Assembly: GCA_045863855.1 (NCBI GenBank)
Contig: BTVV01000153.1
Coordinates: forward strand, 1-13,315
Direction of reading: 5' to 3'
DNA length: 13,315 nt
From: Planctomycetota bacterium
GTDB taxonomy: Bacteria > Planctomycetota > SZUA-567 > H5-PLA8
The number at the start of each line of letters is the position of its first letter. Within the stretch, counting starts at the first letter, position 1. A program made the translations under genes and the position numbers. Shown piece after piece: positions 1 through 9,954 of this stretch. A model generated the notes under the pieces. The model had not been told where the DNA came from and ran no database searches. It saw nothing but the letters and a program-made list of their open reading frames with translations.

Positions 1-549
1 TGGGCCTTCAGCATGCGTTTGAAGCTGGGGTACGTCCCGTCGGCAATCGGAATCAACCTGCTCAAGCTGGGGAAGACCAAGTCTCTGGAGTTGACCGAAG
101 ATTACCAGGTGCTGCGCCCCGAAAAGGAACGCGACCGCGCTTGGGGACCGGTACAAGACGACGCGGCGGCCTTCCACGAACGCATTCACGGGTTTTACGA
201 GCGCTTCGATACGCATCCGGTGTTGACCGGGCACGTCGAACAACTGGCCAAGCTGGTGAAAGAAGACGGCGGGCGGCTGGTGCTGATCCAGATGCCCAAT
301 CGACGCATCCACCAAGAAGAAGTGGAACGCCTGTACGCTCCGCATTACGAGCAGCACGTCTCCACGCTCAAGGAACTGGGTGCGCGGCTGGACGTGCCGG
401 TCTTCGTGTGGCGCTATCCCGAAGCATGCGGGCTGCAAGAGATCAGCTATCTGGACTACGGGCACATGGCGCGGGAAGGCAGTAAACAGTTCACCGCGTT
501 TCTGGCCCAAGTGATCGAGCAGGAAAAGCTGCTCGATTCGAAAGAATAA
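1..549 (+). CDS. Partial (5'-truncated) SGNH-hydrolase-like / DltD-DUF1574-like protein, C-terminal part
   Basis: Frame 1 is open from base 1 (W-A-F-S-M...) to TAA at 547-549. It has 'LVLIQMP' followed by a C-terminal DxxH motif 'YLDYGHMAREGSKQFTAFLA', typical of SGNH-like polysaccharide O-acyl modification proteins. Family assigned from motif only. Confidence 0.55.
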   Translation, partial: WAFSMRLKLGYVPSAIGINLLKLGKTKSLELTEDYQVLRPEKERDRAWGPVQDDAAAFHERIHGFYERFDTHPVLTGHVEQLAKLVKEDGGRLVLIQMPNRRIHQEEVERLYAPHYEQHVSTLKELGARLDVPVFVWRYPEACGLQEISYLDYGHMAREGSKQFTAFLAQVIEQEKLLDSKE

Positions 550-566
550 TTCCGGCCCGGCACACG

Positions 567-1721
567 TTATCTGCCGGTCAACTTCCCGCGCTGGACGTTG
601 AACCAGCGTTCGAACTCGTTCCAGTCCTCGTGCGCTTTGTCGACCAGAAAATCTTTGATCTTTTTATGCACGTCCAGCGCGATCATCATTCCGTTGGCGG
701 CGATTTTGCGCGTGTCTTTGTCGCGCGCTTGAAGGTGGGGAGCCAAGCGGTCGGCGATCAAAACTCGTTCGAAGGGCTGCAGCACGCAGCTCCAAGTGCC
801 CGGTTCGTCCTGGTCGAAGTGATCCGAGTTTCCGCCACACGCGAAGACCATGCGCTTGCGGTCGCGGTCGTCGTCCCGCATCGGGGCGGCATCGACTTCG
901 TAGCGCGCCGCGTACAGGTCCATCAGGTAGGTCGCCGCGCGTACGCCGCTGCAGTTGGAGATACAGGCTTCCAGGTCCAGAATGATTTCGCGCAGTTCGC
1001 GGCTGGTGTATCCGACCTGATACGGAGCCTCGCGGCCTTGTTTGCGGCGAAAGACAGCGAATCCCGCGTCCTTATCGTAAGGCACCAGGATAGCGTTCGC
1101 TTCGCGCATGAGCATCTTGTGAGTCTCGGCGATGTATCCGACCGCGTGCGGATTGCTGCGTTTGGCGACCGCGCGCCAGAGGCTCAGCTTGAGCCCGATA
1201 TCCACCGGATCGGTGTAGAAGGATGCGATCGCCAGAACGGCCTCGCCGCCCCCTTCGGCCAATTCGCGCCGGATTTCGCTCCGCTCGCTGACCCCGCTGC
1301 TTCGGAAAGCCGCCACACGCGCCTTAAAATGCTCGATTCGTCCACGATCGAGACTGGCGCGCCAGCGCTTGTCGTCTTCAACGATCCATCCCAGCACGCC
1401 GCCGGTGACCGCCGGCTCGGCAACTGGAGCGGCTTCGACCGGAGCCGGCCGGCTTTCGAGCGGTGCGGGAGCCGGTTCGGGGCCCTGGTAGCGTTCGGGC
1501 AGATTCAGGCGGCCTTGCGCGTCGATATGCTTCAGAAGCAGATCGCGCTGGGATGCCGAGATCGCGCCGGCGGTCACAAAGATGTTCAGCTTGTCCGCCG
1601 AAAGGGGCTCGACGCGCTTAAGCTGCGCCACCTTTTCCGGCGCGACGATCAAATCCTGTGCTCGAACGGAGCAAGTCAGAGCTAACGCCCCGATCAAACA
1701 GACGGTCAAGTTACGAAGCAT
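567..1721 (-). CDS. Exported hypothetical protein with HEAT-like helical segments
   Basis: Long ORF (track start 1742; second ATG at 1721 gives a clean signal peptide MLRNLTVCLIGALALTCSVRA|QD). Pro/Ala-rich linker (PEPAPAPLESRPAPVEAAPVAEPAV), HEAT-like segments (LAPHLQARDKDTRKIAANGM) and a C-terminal 'DWNEFERWF'. Confidence 0.7.
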   Translation of the reverse strand: MLRNLTVCLIGALALTCSVRAQDLIVAPEKVAQLKRVEPLSADKLNIFVTAGAISASQRDLLLKHIDAQGRLNLPERYQGPEPAPAPLESRPAPVEAAPVAEPAVTGGVLGWIVEDDKRWRASLDRGRIEHFKARVAAFRSSGVSERSEIRRELAEGGGEAVLAIASFYTDPVDIGLKLSLWRAVAKRSNPHAVGYIAETHKMLMREANAILVPYDKDAGFAVFRRKQGREAPYQVGYTSRELREIILDLEACISNCSGVRAATYLMDLYAARYEVDAAPMRDDDRDRKRMVFACGGNSDHFDQDEPGTWSCVLQPFERVLIADRLAPHLQARDKDTRKIAANGMMIALDVHKKIKDFLVDKAHEDWNEFERWFNVQRGKLTGR

Positions 1722-1836
1722 GCGTATTCCCCTATAGGACATTCAACTGCGCGGATTCTCGCCGGTTCTCGAACTTAACTCAACCCCTCATACCCAATGG
1801 ACGCTTGAAACATCACGCTTCTTCGAGCCACGGTCC

Positions 1837-1865
1837 TTGAGGCTTGGCAGCGCTTGGATTAGCAT
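1837..1865 (+). promoter_or_regulatory. Candidate sigma70 promoter for leuC
   Basis: TTGAGG (1837-1842) - 17 nt - TAGCAT (1860-1865) in the divergent intergenic region. The -10 is overlapped by an inverted repeat TGGATT-N6-AATCCA (1855-1872). Confidence 0.35.
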
Positions 1866-1921
1866 AAATCCACGCGAGCTTCGTCGCTCGCAAAGGTGAT
1901 ACCGGGGAGTGCTCAAACGCC

Positions 1922-3364
<1,443 letters not shown>

Positions 3365-3405
3365 AATGGTCGCAACGAAATTAAGTTGAAAGTGCGTGCA
3401 AAATA

Positions 3406-3672
3406 ATGATTCAGGTGCTCAAGGCAATTGCCGTAGGTCTAGCTTATGTGCTGAACGGAATGTTTTTAGTGATGCTACTAGTTTCAGAGGAAGATCGGTC
3501 CGGAGAGTTGTTCTTCATGAATCACGGCCATAAGGTGTATATCCTGGGACTGAGAAGCAATGAGGCACCATATTTCATGGCCCTATCCATTTTTATTTTT
3601 ATGATCCAAATTGCTTTCCTGATTTGGGTTATCTTGCGGGAAAACGGCGGCAGGCTAATTCGAGACTACTAA
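3406..3672 (+). CDS. Small hypothetical membrane protein (2 predicted TM helices), low GC
   Basis: 88-aa ORF filling the leuC-leuD gap, with two hydrophobic stretches (IAVGLAYVLNGMFLVMLLV; YFMALSIFIFMIQIAFLIWVIL). Hand count gives ~43% GC for 3361-3690. No obvious SD. Confidence 0.6.
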   Translation: MIQVLKAIAVGLAYVLNGMFLVMLLVSEEDRSGELFFMNHGHKVYILGLRSNEAPYFMALSIFIFMIQIAFLIWVILRENGGRLIRDY

Positions 3673-3698
3673 CCGATCTCTCCAAAAGGAATTTCGCC

Positions 3699-4316
3699 AT
3701 GGCCTTAGCTAGAATCACTTCCGTCACCGGCGCTGCTGTCGTTGTCCCAGGAGACGACATCGATACCGACCGCATCATTCCGGCGCGGTTCATGCGCTGC
3801 GTCACTTTCGACGGGTTGGGGCAATACGCGTTTTACGACGTTCGCTTCGACCCGAACACCGGAAAGCCGCTCAACCACCCCTTGGACCGGCCCGAACACA
3901 AAGGCGCGTCGATTCTGATCAGCGGGAACAACTTCGGCTGCGGGTCGTCGCGCGAGCACGCGCCGCAGGCGCTCCAAAAGTTCGGGATCAAGGCGGTGAT
4001 CGCGGGAAGCTTCGCGGAGATCTTCTTCGGGAACTGCACCACGTTGGGCATTCCCTGCGTCTGCGTCTCGGACGCCGACCGGGCGAAGCTGGCGCAGGCC
4101 GTTTCCGCGAACCCGAAGGGCTCGATCCGCGTTAATCTGGAAGCGTTGCGCGTGGAAGCGGGTGAATGTTCCGTGCCCTGCACCATCAAAGAAGGGGCGC
4201 GAAAGGCTTTAAGAGAGGGGCAGTGGGATGCCATTGGCCTCTTGCTTGACGGCGCAAAGGCGGTCAGCGCCTTGGAGGTGAAGTTGCCCAAAATCAGTCT
4301 GGCCTCATCGTCCTAA
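3699..4316 (+). CDS. leuD: 3-isopropylmalate dehydratase small subunit
   Basis: Motifs DDIDTDRIIPARF, GNNFGCGSSREHAPQAL and VIAGSFAEIFFGNC. ATG at 3699 is preceded by AAAGGA (3685-3690), so the track's upstream start at 3624 is unlikely. Confidence 0.97.
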   Translation: MALARITSVTGAAVVVPGDDIDTDRIIPARFMRCVTFDGLGQYAFYDVRFDPNTGKPLNHPLDRPEHKGASILISGNNFGCGSSREHAPQALQKFGIKAVIAGSFAEIFFGNCTTLGIPCVCVSDADRAKLAQAVSANPKGSIRVNLEALRVEAGECSVPCTIKEGARKALREGQWDAIGLLLDGAKAVSALEVKLPKISLASSS

Positions 4317-4406
4317 GTATTTTGGCTGTAAGGCCATATTTCGGAAGTCTGAGACGGTGCTCATGTGTCTAACTTGCAAGTAACAGCACCTCTTCAGGAG
4401 CAAAAC

Positions 4407-6326
4407 ATGCGCTTGAGTTCGGTAAATGTTCGGGCGGGCGTGATTCGCGCGTCGGGTCTCGTTTGTCTTTTGGTTCAAGCTTCGGTGTGGGCGCAGGCGC
4501 AGGTGCCTACTCAGCCCCAGAAGGCGCCGCCCGGTTTCCAACAGATGGTCACGGCGGCATTCGACATTCAGACCGATGCGCCGAACTACATTCAGAAGCT
4601 CTCGCAGTCGGTTTTCCGGGCCGAGCAGCGGTTTTATCAACTCTTCGAGCTGCAACCGGGCTTCATACGCGGCGACGATCCGAAAGCCAAGCTGGATAAC
4701 CGGCTCCCGTCGATCAAAGGCGACCAGCTCAGCAAATGGGGCTACCGCCCTTGGATCGAGATCCGCGTTTACAACAACTACAAAGATTACGTCGATGAGT
4801 ATTTCGACGAGATCAACCGGATGCATTCGCTGATCAACAAGACGCCGGTGAAGCAGGAGACGCCGGAAGAGCGCGCGCTGCGTCGGATTCGCGAAGGCGT
4901 GCCGGGCGCGTACTACATGCGCATCACGGATTACGACGGCAAGTCGGTGCTGCGGCGCATCCGGGCGTACGTCGCGGACAAATCGCACGAGCAGGTCGAG
5001 ATGGACGTGCTGCACGAGATGGGACATTGTTTCTCGGAGACGTTCCTCTTCGAGTTCGGCGGTGCGCCGCGGAGCGGGCAGGAGTCGGAGAAGCGCGGGA
5101 CGCCGGCCTGGATCGGCGAAGGCGTCGCGCAGCTCTTTCAGTACAACTGGGCCGACGCCGGCCACGCGCGCAAAGAGAAGCTGCGCAATTGGGGCATGAT
5201 CTACGAAGCCGTCGAGGCGGGGCACCACTACGAATTCGACAAGTTCATCAACGTAACCAACGCGCACAACTTGGCGTCGGTGGCTTCGGATCCGCTCAAG
5301 GCCCGCATCAACTACATCCAGTCGTTTTCGCTGATTCAGTACATGGTCGAGAAGGACTGGCAGCGCTTCATGCAGTTCCTCAAAAACTGCCGCGTGAACA
5401 ACCTGCAGGACCAGTTTAAAGGCAAGAAAGTCAGCGAGCTGTATTCCGTCCAGAATAAATCCTTCCAGGATGCGTTCACGATTCCGATTCCCGGGGTCGA
5501 GAAGTACTGGAAGGAGCACGTGCTGGATACGGGCGCCAAGCAGCTCAAGGCGGATGCTTCAGGCTATTACTACTGCGGCCTGTACTGGCTCGACCGGCGC
5601 GACCTGGCCAAGGCGACCGAACGCTTCGAGAAGGCCATTGCCGGAGCTCCCGGAAAGGGCGAAGGGTACTTGGGCATGGGCCGCGTGGCGATCCTGAAGC
5701 AGGATTTCAAAGCGGCGCTGGAGCAACTGGGGAAGGCCACGGAGCTGAATCCCAAGGATGAGGACTCCTGGTACTACTTGGGTAGCGCGCAGGTCCAGGC
5801 CGGCAAGCCCAAGGAAGCCATGGCCAGCTTCGAGAAGGCCATCGCGTTGTACTCGAATTTCCACGAAGCCTTCGACGGACTGGCCGACGCTCAGTTCGCT
5901 CAGCAGCAATTCAAGGAAGCGCACAAGAATTACGACCGGGCGTATCAGATCTCGCGCCTGCCGCAGTACTTGCTCTACGTGGGGCGCGCCGCCTTCTATG
6001 CGCACGAGTACGCCGAAGCGCAGCGTAGCTTCTCGGCGTTCTGCAACGTTTTTACCCAAGATCCCAACGGGGCCTTCTGGTACGGCATGTCGGCATGGCG
6101 GCTGGGAGACAAGGAGTTCGCGCTCAAGAAACTTCAGGAAGCATCCAAGCTGCAGCCCAACAACAACGACTTTAAGGTCGCCGTCCAAATGGCGCAGAAG
6201 GGCGAGATGCTCTACTTCCAGAACGAGACCAAGCAGGCCGCGAAGGATCCTTCGGGTTTGACGACCACGGCCAAGCCCACGGATACGAAGACCGAGAAGA
6301 AGACCGACGTGGTTGAAGAAGAGTAA
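4407..6326 (+). CDS. Exported protein: gluzincin/peptidase-MA-like (DUF1570-like) domain plus C-terminal TPR repeats
   Basis: ATG 4407 with AGGAG upstream; signal peptide (GLVCLLVQASVWAQA). HExxH motif 'LHEMGH' (5013-5027) and downstream 'PAWIGEGVAQ' (third-ligand Glu), then 'YIQSFSLIQYM'. About 6 TPR-like units (e.g. SWYYLGSAQVQAGKPKEAMASFEKAIALYSN). Low-complexity K/T/E C-terminus. Confidence 0.85.
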   Translation: MRLSSVNVRAGVIRASGLVCLLVQASVWAQAQVPTQPQKAPPGFQQMVTAAFDIQTDAPNYIQKLSQSVFRAEQRFYQLFELQPGFIRGDDPKAKLDNRLPSIKGDQLSKWGYRPWIEIRVYNNYKDYVDEYFDEINRMHSLINKTPVKQETPEERALRRIREGVPGAYYMRITDYDGKSVLRRIRAYVADKSHEQVEMDVLHEMGHCFSETFLFEFGGAPRSGQESEKRGTPAWIGEGVAQLFQYNWADAGHARKEKLRNWGMIYEAVEAGHHYEFDKFINVTNAHNLASVASDPLKARINYIQSFSLIQYMVEKDWQRFMQFLKNCRVNNLQDQFKGKKVSELYSVQNKSFQDAFTIPIPGVEKYWKEHVLDTGAKQLKADASGYYYCGLYWLDRRDLAKATERFEKAIAGAPGKGEGYLGMGRVAILKQDFKAALEQLGKATELNPKDEDSWYYLGSAQVQAGKPKEAMASFEKAIALYSNFHEAFDGLADAQFAQQQFKEAHKNYDRAYQISRLPQYLLYVGRAAFYAHEYAEAQRSFSAFCNVFTQDPNGAFWYGMSAWRLGDKEFALKKLQEASKLQPNNNDFKVAVQMAQKGEMLYFQNETKQAAKDPSGLTTTAKPTDTKTEKKTDVVEEE

Positions 6327-6409
6327 TCCGTTTTAGGCCGGGAAGGGGTGGCGCGGGCCTGGGTCCTGGCCGCCACGGGCCGTGTTTCACCCTGTGACCG
6401 GATGGCCGT

Positions 6410-9370
6410 ATGCCGGTAGTATCCTTCGACATGACCTTTCCCGATAAGCGAGTTCGCGTAGCGAGCTATCTCCTCCACATTGCGTGGCTGGCATCCGCAG
6501 CTCTTGCCGCTGGCGAAGACCCGCAGCCGTCCGGATTGTCCTTTGGGCTCGCCACCGATGGGAGCCTCACCGCCTGGTACGTGTCACCGCCCCAAGCGGG
6601 AACGCTGGCAACCGTCGCCGCGCCGCCGGACGGAGCCGGATCGGGCTCGTCCGCGGCGCCAACTGGTTGGAATCGGTATGTATCGCCGGCGAAGTTCGTG
6701 AATCTGCGCGGCTGTTTGGGGAAGTCCCGCCGCGGTTACTTGTGGGCCTATGCGCGCGTAAACGGAGGAGACGGCGGACGGCGGCGGCTGGCGACGCTGA
6801 GTTACTGCGCGGTTAAGGCTTTTGTGGACGGCCGCTTGGTGCTCGACAAGCCCGAACCGGGCGCGCCGCAAGCGGACGGGAAAGATGCCGAGTTCGAACT
6901 GCCGGCGGGCGAATCGACCGTCGCGGTGGCGGTGCAGGTTCGCTTCGGCTACTGCGGATTCCAGTTGGCGCTGGTTCGCGGGGACGCCGATAAGCCGCAT
7001 CCCACCGACCGCCTCGTACTGCGCGAGCCCGGCGGAGCGGCGCCCGACCGCGCGGTGGTATTCGCCGAGGCGCTGACCTTCGAACCGCAACGCTGGCTGA
7101 CCTCGGAGGGCCAGCCGCTCGAATGCGTGATCGGGCTTCAAGGCGGCTGGCCGCTGGGCATCGGGACGCTGGCGCCGACTCTGCGAGCGCCGGAGCACGG
7201 CGAGACGCAGGGTACGCTGCCGCCACGAGCTCCTGACGAACTCGAGCGCCAGCCTTGGCGCGCGCAGATCAAACTGGCCGAACGGCCCTCGGCGACCGTC
7301 GACCTCAGTCTGGTACTCCGCGATGGTGAGGCTCTTGTCGCAAGCAAGACGGTACGCCTTTACGGTCTGCACGGATTGCTGGAGACGGCCCAGAGGCTGG
7401 AAACGCAGGTGCGGGCGGAGCGTAAGAACGCCGGGCATGCCTTCCCTTATACCGAGTTGGCGCTGGAGAAGCTCCAGATCTGGTTCGCCAAGCTCGCGCG
7501 CGGAGAGATTCGCGATCCGAGCGTGCAGAAGGATCTGGGCACCGACTTGCTGCGCCTGACCGAAGACGCGGCGCGCTTCCTGGAACTGGAAGCCAAGGGT
7601 ACGGATCCGAACGCCGGACGCTTGGGGTATTTCGAACGCTGCTTCAGCAGCAAGATCGACGATTCACCGCAGCCGTATTTCGTGCAGGTGCCCAGCGCCG
7701 CCCAGGAAGCCATGGGGCAAAAGGAGCCGGCCCAGCGCTTCCCGCTGGTCCTGTTTCTGCATGGGTACGTGCCCGACTACCATAAGCACCGCTGGTGGAA
7801 CGAGACCCCTGAGTTCAACAAGCAGTTCGAAGCGGCCGGCGCGTTCCTGGCGATTCCATTCGGGCGCAGCAACACAGACTTTCTAGGCCCCGGCGAAGTC
7901 GATGTGCTTGAAGTACTGGAAGAAATGAAGCGGCTGTATCCGATCGATCCGGACCGCGTGTACCTCTACGGGTATTCGATGGGCGGGATGGCGGTGTACA
8001 GCTTGGGGGGACACTTTCCCGAGCTCTGGGCTGGCGGCATCGCGATCGCCGGGCGCGCCGATTCGCCCCTTCTGATGGGTACGCAGGGTTTGGGGCGGCT
8101 GCATCCATTCAAGCAGCACTTGATTCGCGCCGATCAGCCGATCGACCTGTGCGAGAATTTCGTGAACATTCCGCTGCGCATTTACCACGGCAAGCAGGAT
8201 CAGTTCATCTCCCCGGACGAAGCGCGCCGGATGTGCACGCGCCTGCGCGAGATCGGTTGCGATGCGGAGGTGACCGTGGAGGACGGCGATCACTATTACG
8301 GGTTCGACTTGATGTGCACGGAAGCGCCGCTCAAATGGCTGCTGGCGCAGAAGCGCCCCGCGACGCCGAAGGTGAAAAAACTCAAGAATTTCTCGCCTCG
8401 ATTCGGCGGCGATACCTATTCTTACTTATTTCAGGGCCGCACGTTCGAGACGCCTTTTACCGCTCCGCATGAGTTCCGCATTAACCACACCACGGGTGCG
8501 CTGGAGCCCTTTTATGTCGAGCGCGAATACGACGGCCAACAGTATGTCATCAAAAAGCTGGCAGGGCCGATTGCGGATCTATTGACTTGGAACTTAGGAC
8601 TGAAGACCCCCGGACTTTCCTGGGAGGCGGGTACTTTCATCAATGGCGTTCCCTTGGGTGACTTGGAAGAGAATGGCATGAATCCACAGCATGCCGCACT
8701 CAATGATTGGGAAGGCATGAGGAAGTTGCGCGCCTGGAATCCGGATTGGAAGAATCCGGTTCGCTGCGGCCCCGTGAAGGAAGCGCTGTGCCGGCCGTTC
8801 CTGGCCGTATTCGGCACGGCCGCCGGCGACAAGCGCGGCGAGGAATTGCGCAAGCAGGCCGCGCAATTTGCACAGGACTGGTACGCCTTCGCCAAGGGGC
8901 GCGCCACCGTCAAACCCGACCGGGAAGTGACCGAGGTGGAGTGGAAGACCAAGAACCTGATTCTTTTCGGGCAGGCGAATGAGAACCTATTGCACGGCCG
9001 TTGCGCGGAGACCGGCAAACTGCCCTTCGTGGTCAAAGACGGTACCGTCGTCGCCGGGCAGCGGAACCTCAAGTTGGAAGGGAAGGGGATCCTGTACACC
9101 TTTCCGAATCCGCTCGAAGGGGCATCTCCTGAAAGCAGCGTCGTCATTGCGGCGGGCGAACCCTACGGCGCTCAGCTTCCCGAGAATCACAAATGGGATC
9201 TCGTGCCGGATTTCATCGTCTATTTGCCCGAGAAGGACCACGACGGGACCGGAACGAACAAGCCGCTATTGGCCGGTTTTTTTGACGGGAAATGGAAATG
9301 GAACGACGCCACAAGTTGGTGGTTCGAAGGTAATTCGCCTCCGCCTCCGGTCCCAGAAGCAAATCCGTAG
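6410..9370 (+). CDS. Large exported alpha/beta-hydrolase (esterase / prolyl-oligopeptidase-like) with N-terminal beta-sandwich and C-terminal accessory domains
   Basis: Signal peptide (alternative ATG at 6431: MTFPDKRVRVASYLLHIAWLASAALAA). Motifs 'PLVLFLHGY', nucleophile elbow 'IDPDRVYLYGYSMGG' (GYSMGG from 7970), 'IYHGKQDQFI' (Asp) and 'EDGDH' (His) give a complete Ser-Asp-His triad. N-terminus has PA14/jelly-roll-like strands (KAFVDGRLV). Confidence 0.88.
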   Translation: MPVVSFDMTFPDKRVRVASYLLHIAWLASAALAAGEDPQPSGLSFGLATDGSLTAWYVSPPQAGTLATVAAPPDGAGSGSSAAPTGWNRYVSPAKFVNLRGCLGKSRRGYLWAYARVNGGDGGRRRLATLSYCAVKAFVDGRLVLDKPEPGAPQADGKDAEFELPAGESTVAVAVQVRFGYCGFQLALVRGDADKPHPTDRLVLREPGGAAPDRAVVFAEALTFEPQRWLTSEGQPLECVIGLQGGWPLGIGTLAPTLRAPEHGETQGTLPPRAPDELERQPWRAQIKLAERPSATVDLSLVLRDGEALVASKTVRLYGLHGLLETAQRLETQVRAERKNAGHAFPYTELALEKLQIWFAKLARGEIRDPSVQKDLGTDLLRLTEDAARFLELEAKGTDPNAGRLGYFERCFSSKIDDSPQPYFVQVPSAAQEAMGQKEPAQRFPLVLFLHGYVPDYHKHRWWNETPEFNKQFEAAGAFLAIPFGRSNTDFLGPGEVDVLEVLEEMKRLYPIDPDRVYLYGYSMGGMAVYSLGGHFPELWAGGIAIAGRADSPLLMGTQGLGRLHPFKQHLIRADQPIDLCENFVNIPLRIYHGKQDQFISPDEARRMCTRLREIGCDAEVTVEDGDHYYGFDLMCTEAPLKWLLAQKRPATPKVKKLKNFSPRFGGDTYSYLFQGRTFETPFTAPHEFRINHTTGALEPFYVEREYDGQQYVIKKLAGPIADLLTWNLGLKTPGLSWEAGTFINGVPLGDLEENGMNPQHAALNDWEGMRKLRAWNPDWKNPVRCGPVKEALCRPFLAVFGTAAGDKRGEELRKQAAQFAQDWYAFAKGRATVKPDREVTEVEWKTKNLILFGQANENLLHGRCAETGKLPFVVKDGTVVAGQRNLKLEGKGILYTFPNPLEGASPESSVVIAAGEPYGAQLPENHKWDLVPDFIVYLPEKDHDGTGTNKPLLAGFFDGKWKWNDATSWWFEGNSPPPPVPEANP

Positions 9371-9515
9371 GCTAAGTCGTCGAAGCGAGTCCGGAAATTC
9401 GAGTGCATGACCGGCCCGGCCCACTCGCGCAGGATTCGTTTTCGGTTTACCGGTTCCTCGGTCAGAAGTATCCTGCCATTCGCAGGATCTTGCCATTGGA
9501 GACGAACGCAAACTC

Positions 9516-9851
9516 ATGTCGCGCCGCCCGTCCCGTGCCAGCGAGTCTGCTTCGCCCGAGCGGCGCAAGTCGCGCGCGCTGGATACGATGCCGGAATTGG
9601 CCACCAACGACTTCCGCCGCACGGGGCCATCGGGGATCGTACTGATGATTCTGGCCGGCGTGCTCGTGGGCGGCGGCTTGGGGTTGCTCGCGCTGCCGAG
9701 TATTCTCCGGCAAAAGCCCCAAGTGCCCGCCGAACCGCCCGAGGCGAAAAAGTCGACAGATCCCTCGGGCAAGACGGAATCCAAGTCCGAAGCGCCCGCC
9801 GAGTACGATCCCGACAAGCTTTATCCGCACACCAACCGCCTTAAACCGTAA
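9516..9851 (+). CDS. Small single-pass membrane hypothetical protein
   Basis: 111-aa ORF with a basic N-terminus, one hydrophobic helix with GxxxG motifs (IVLMILAGVLVGGGLGLLAL) and a Pro/Lys/Glu-rich C-terminus. Fills the gap between the hydrolase and the terminator. Start uncertain (alternative MPEL...). Confidence 0.65.
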   Translation: MSRRPSRASESASPERRKSRALDTMPELATNDFRRTGPSGIVLMILAGVLVGGGLGLLALPSILRQKPQVPAEPPEAKKSTDPSGKTESKSEAPAEYDPDKLYPHTNRLKP

Positions 9852-9886
9852 AGCGATTTCATTGGATGGCCGCGGATGCTCAGCAG

Positions 9887-9928
9887 CCAAAAGCAACGCC
9901 GCGCGGATCCCGAGGAACCGCGCGGCGT
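9887..9928 (-). terminator. Intrinsic terminator of the histone gene (possibly bidirectional)
   Basis: Perfect 11-bp inverted repeat ACGCCGCGCGG (9896-9906) / CCGCGCGGCGT (9918-9928). On the minus strand it is followed by TGCTTTT, 26 nt after the histone stop codon. It lies between convergent genes. Confidence 0.75.
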
Positions 9929-9954
9929 ATGGCCTGCCTTTAGACCTCTAGCGG

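Noticed and set aside
630..1685. 351-aa plus-strand ORF
   Set aside because: Antisense shadow of the minus-strand gene that has a signal peptide. Long shadow ORFs are expected in GC-rich DNA, and this one has no motifs.
1743..1921. Possible leucine attenuator leader peptide or T-box before leuC
   Set aside because: No short Leu-codon-rich ORF (ATG at 1797 gives only MDA-stop), no U-tailed terminator and no T-box consensus.
4305..5519. 404-aa minus-strand ORF (also 5559-6188)
   Set aside because: Antisense to the HExxH/TPR gene, which carries the recognisable motifs and codon bias.
6348..6376. GTGGCG...CGCCAC hairpin after the TPR gene as a terminator
   Set aside because: Imperfect stem with no adjacent U-tract; insufficient support.
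9266..9896. Alternative minus-strand ORFs (9266-9817, 9462-9896) and plus-strand ORFs 9403-9645 and 9407-9844
   Set aside because: They overlap the more protein-like 9516-9851 ORF (clear TM helix, biased codons) and have no recognisable features.
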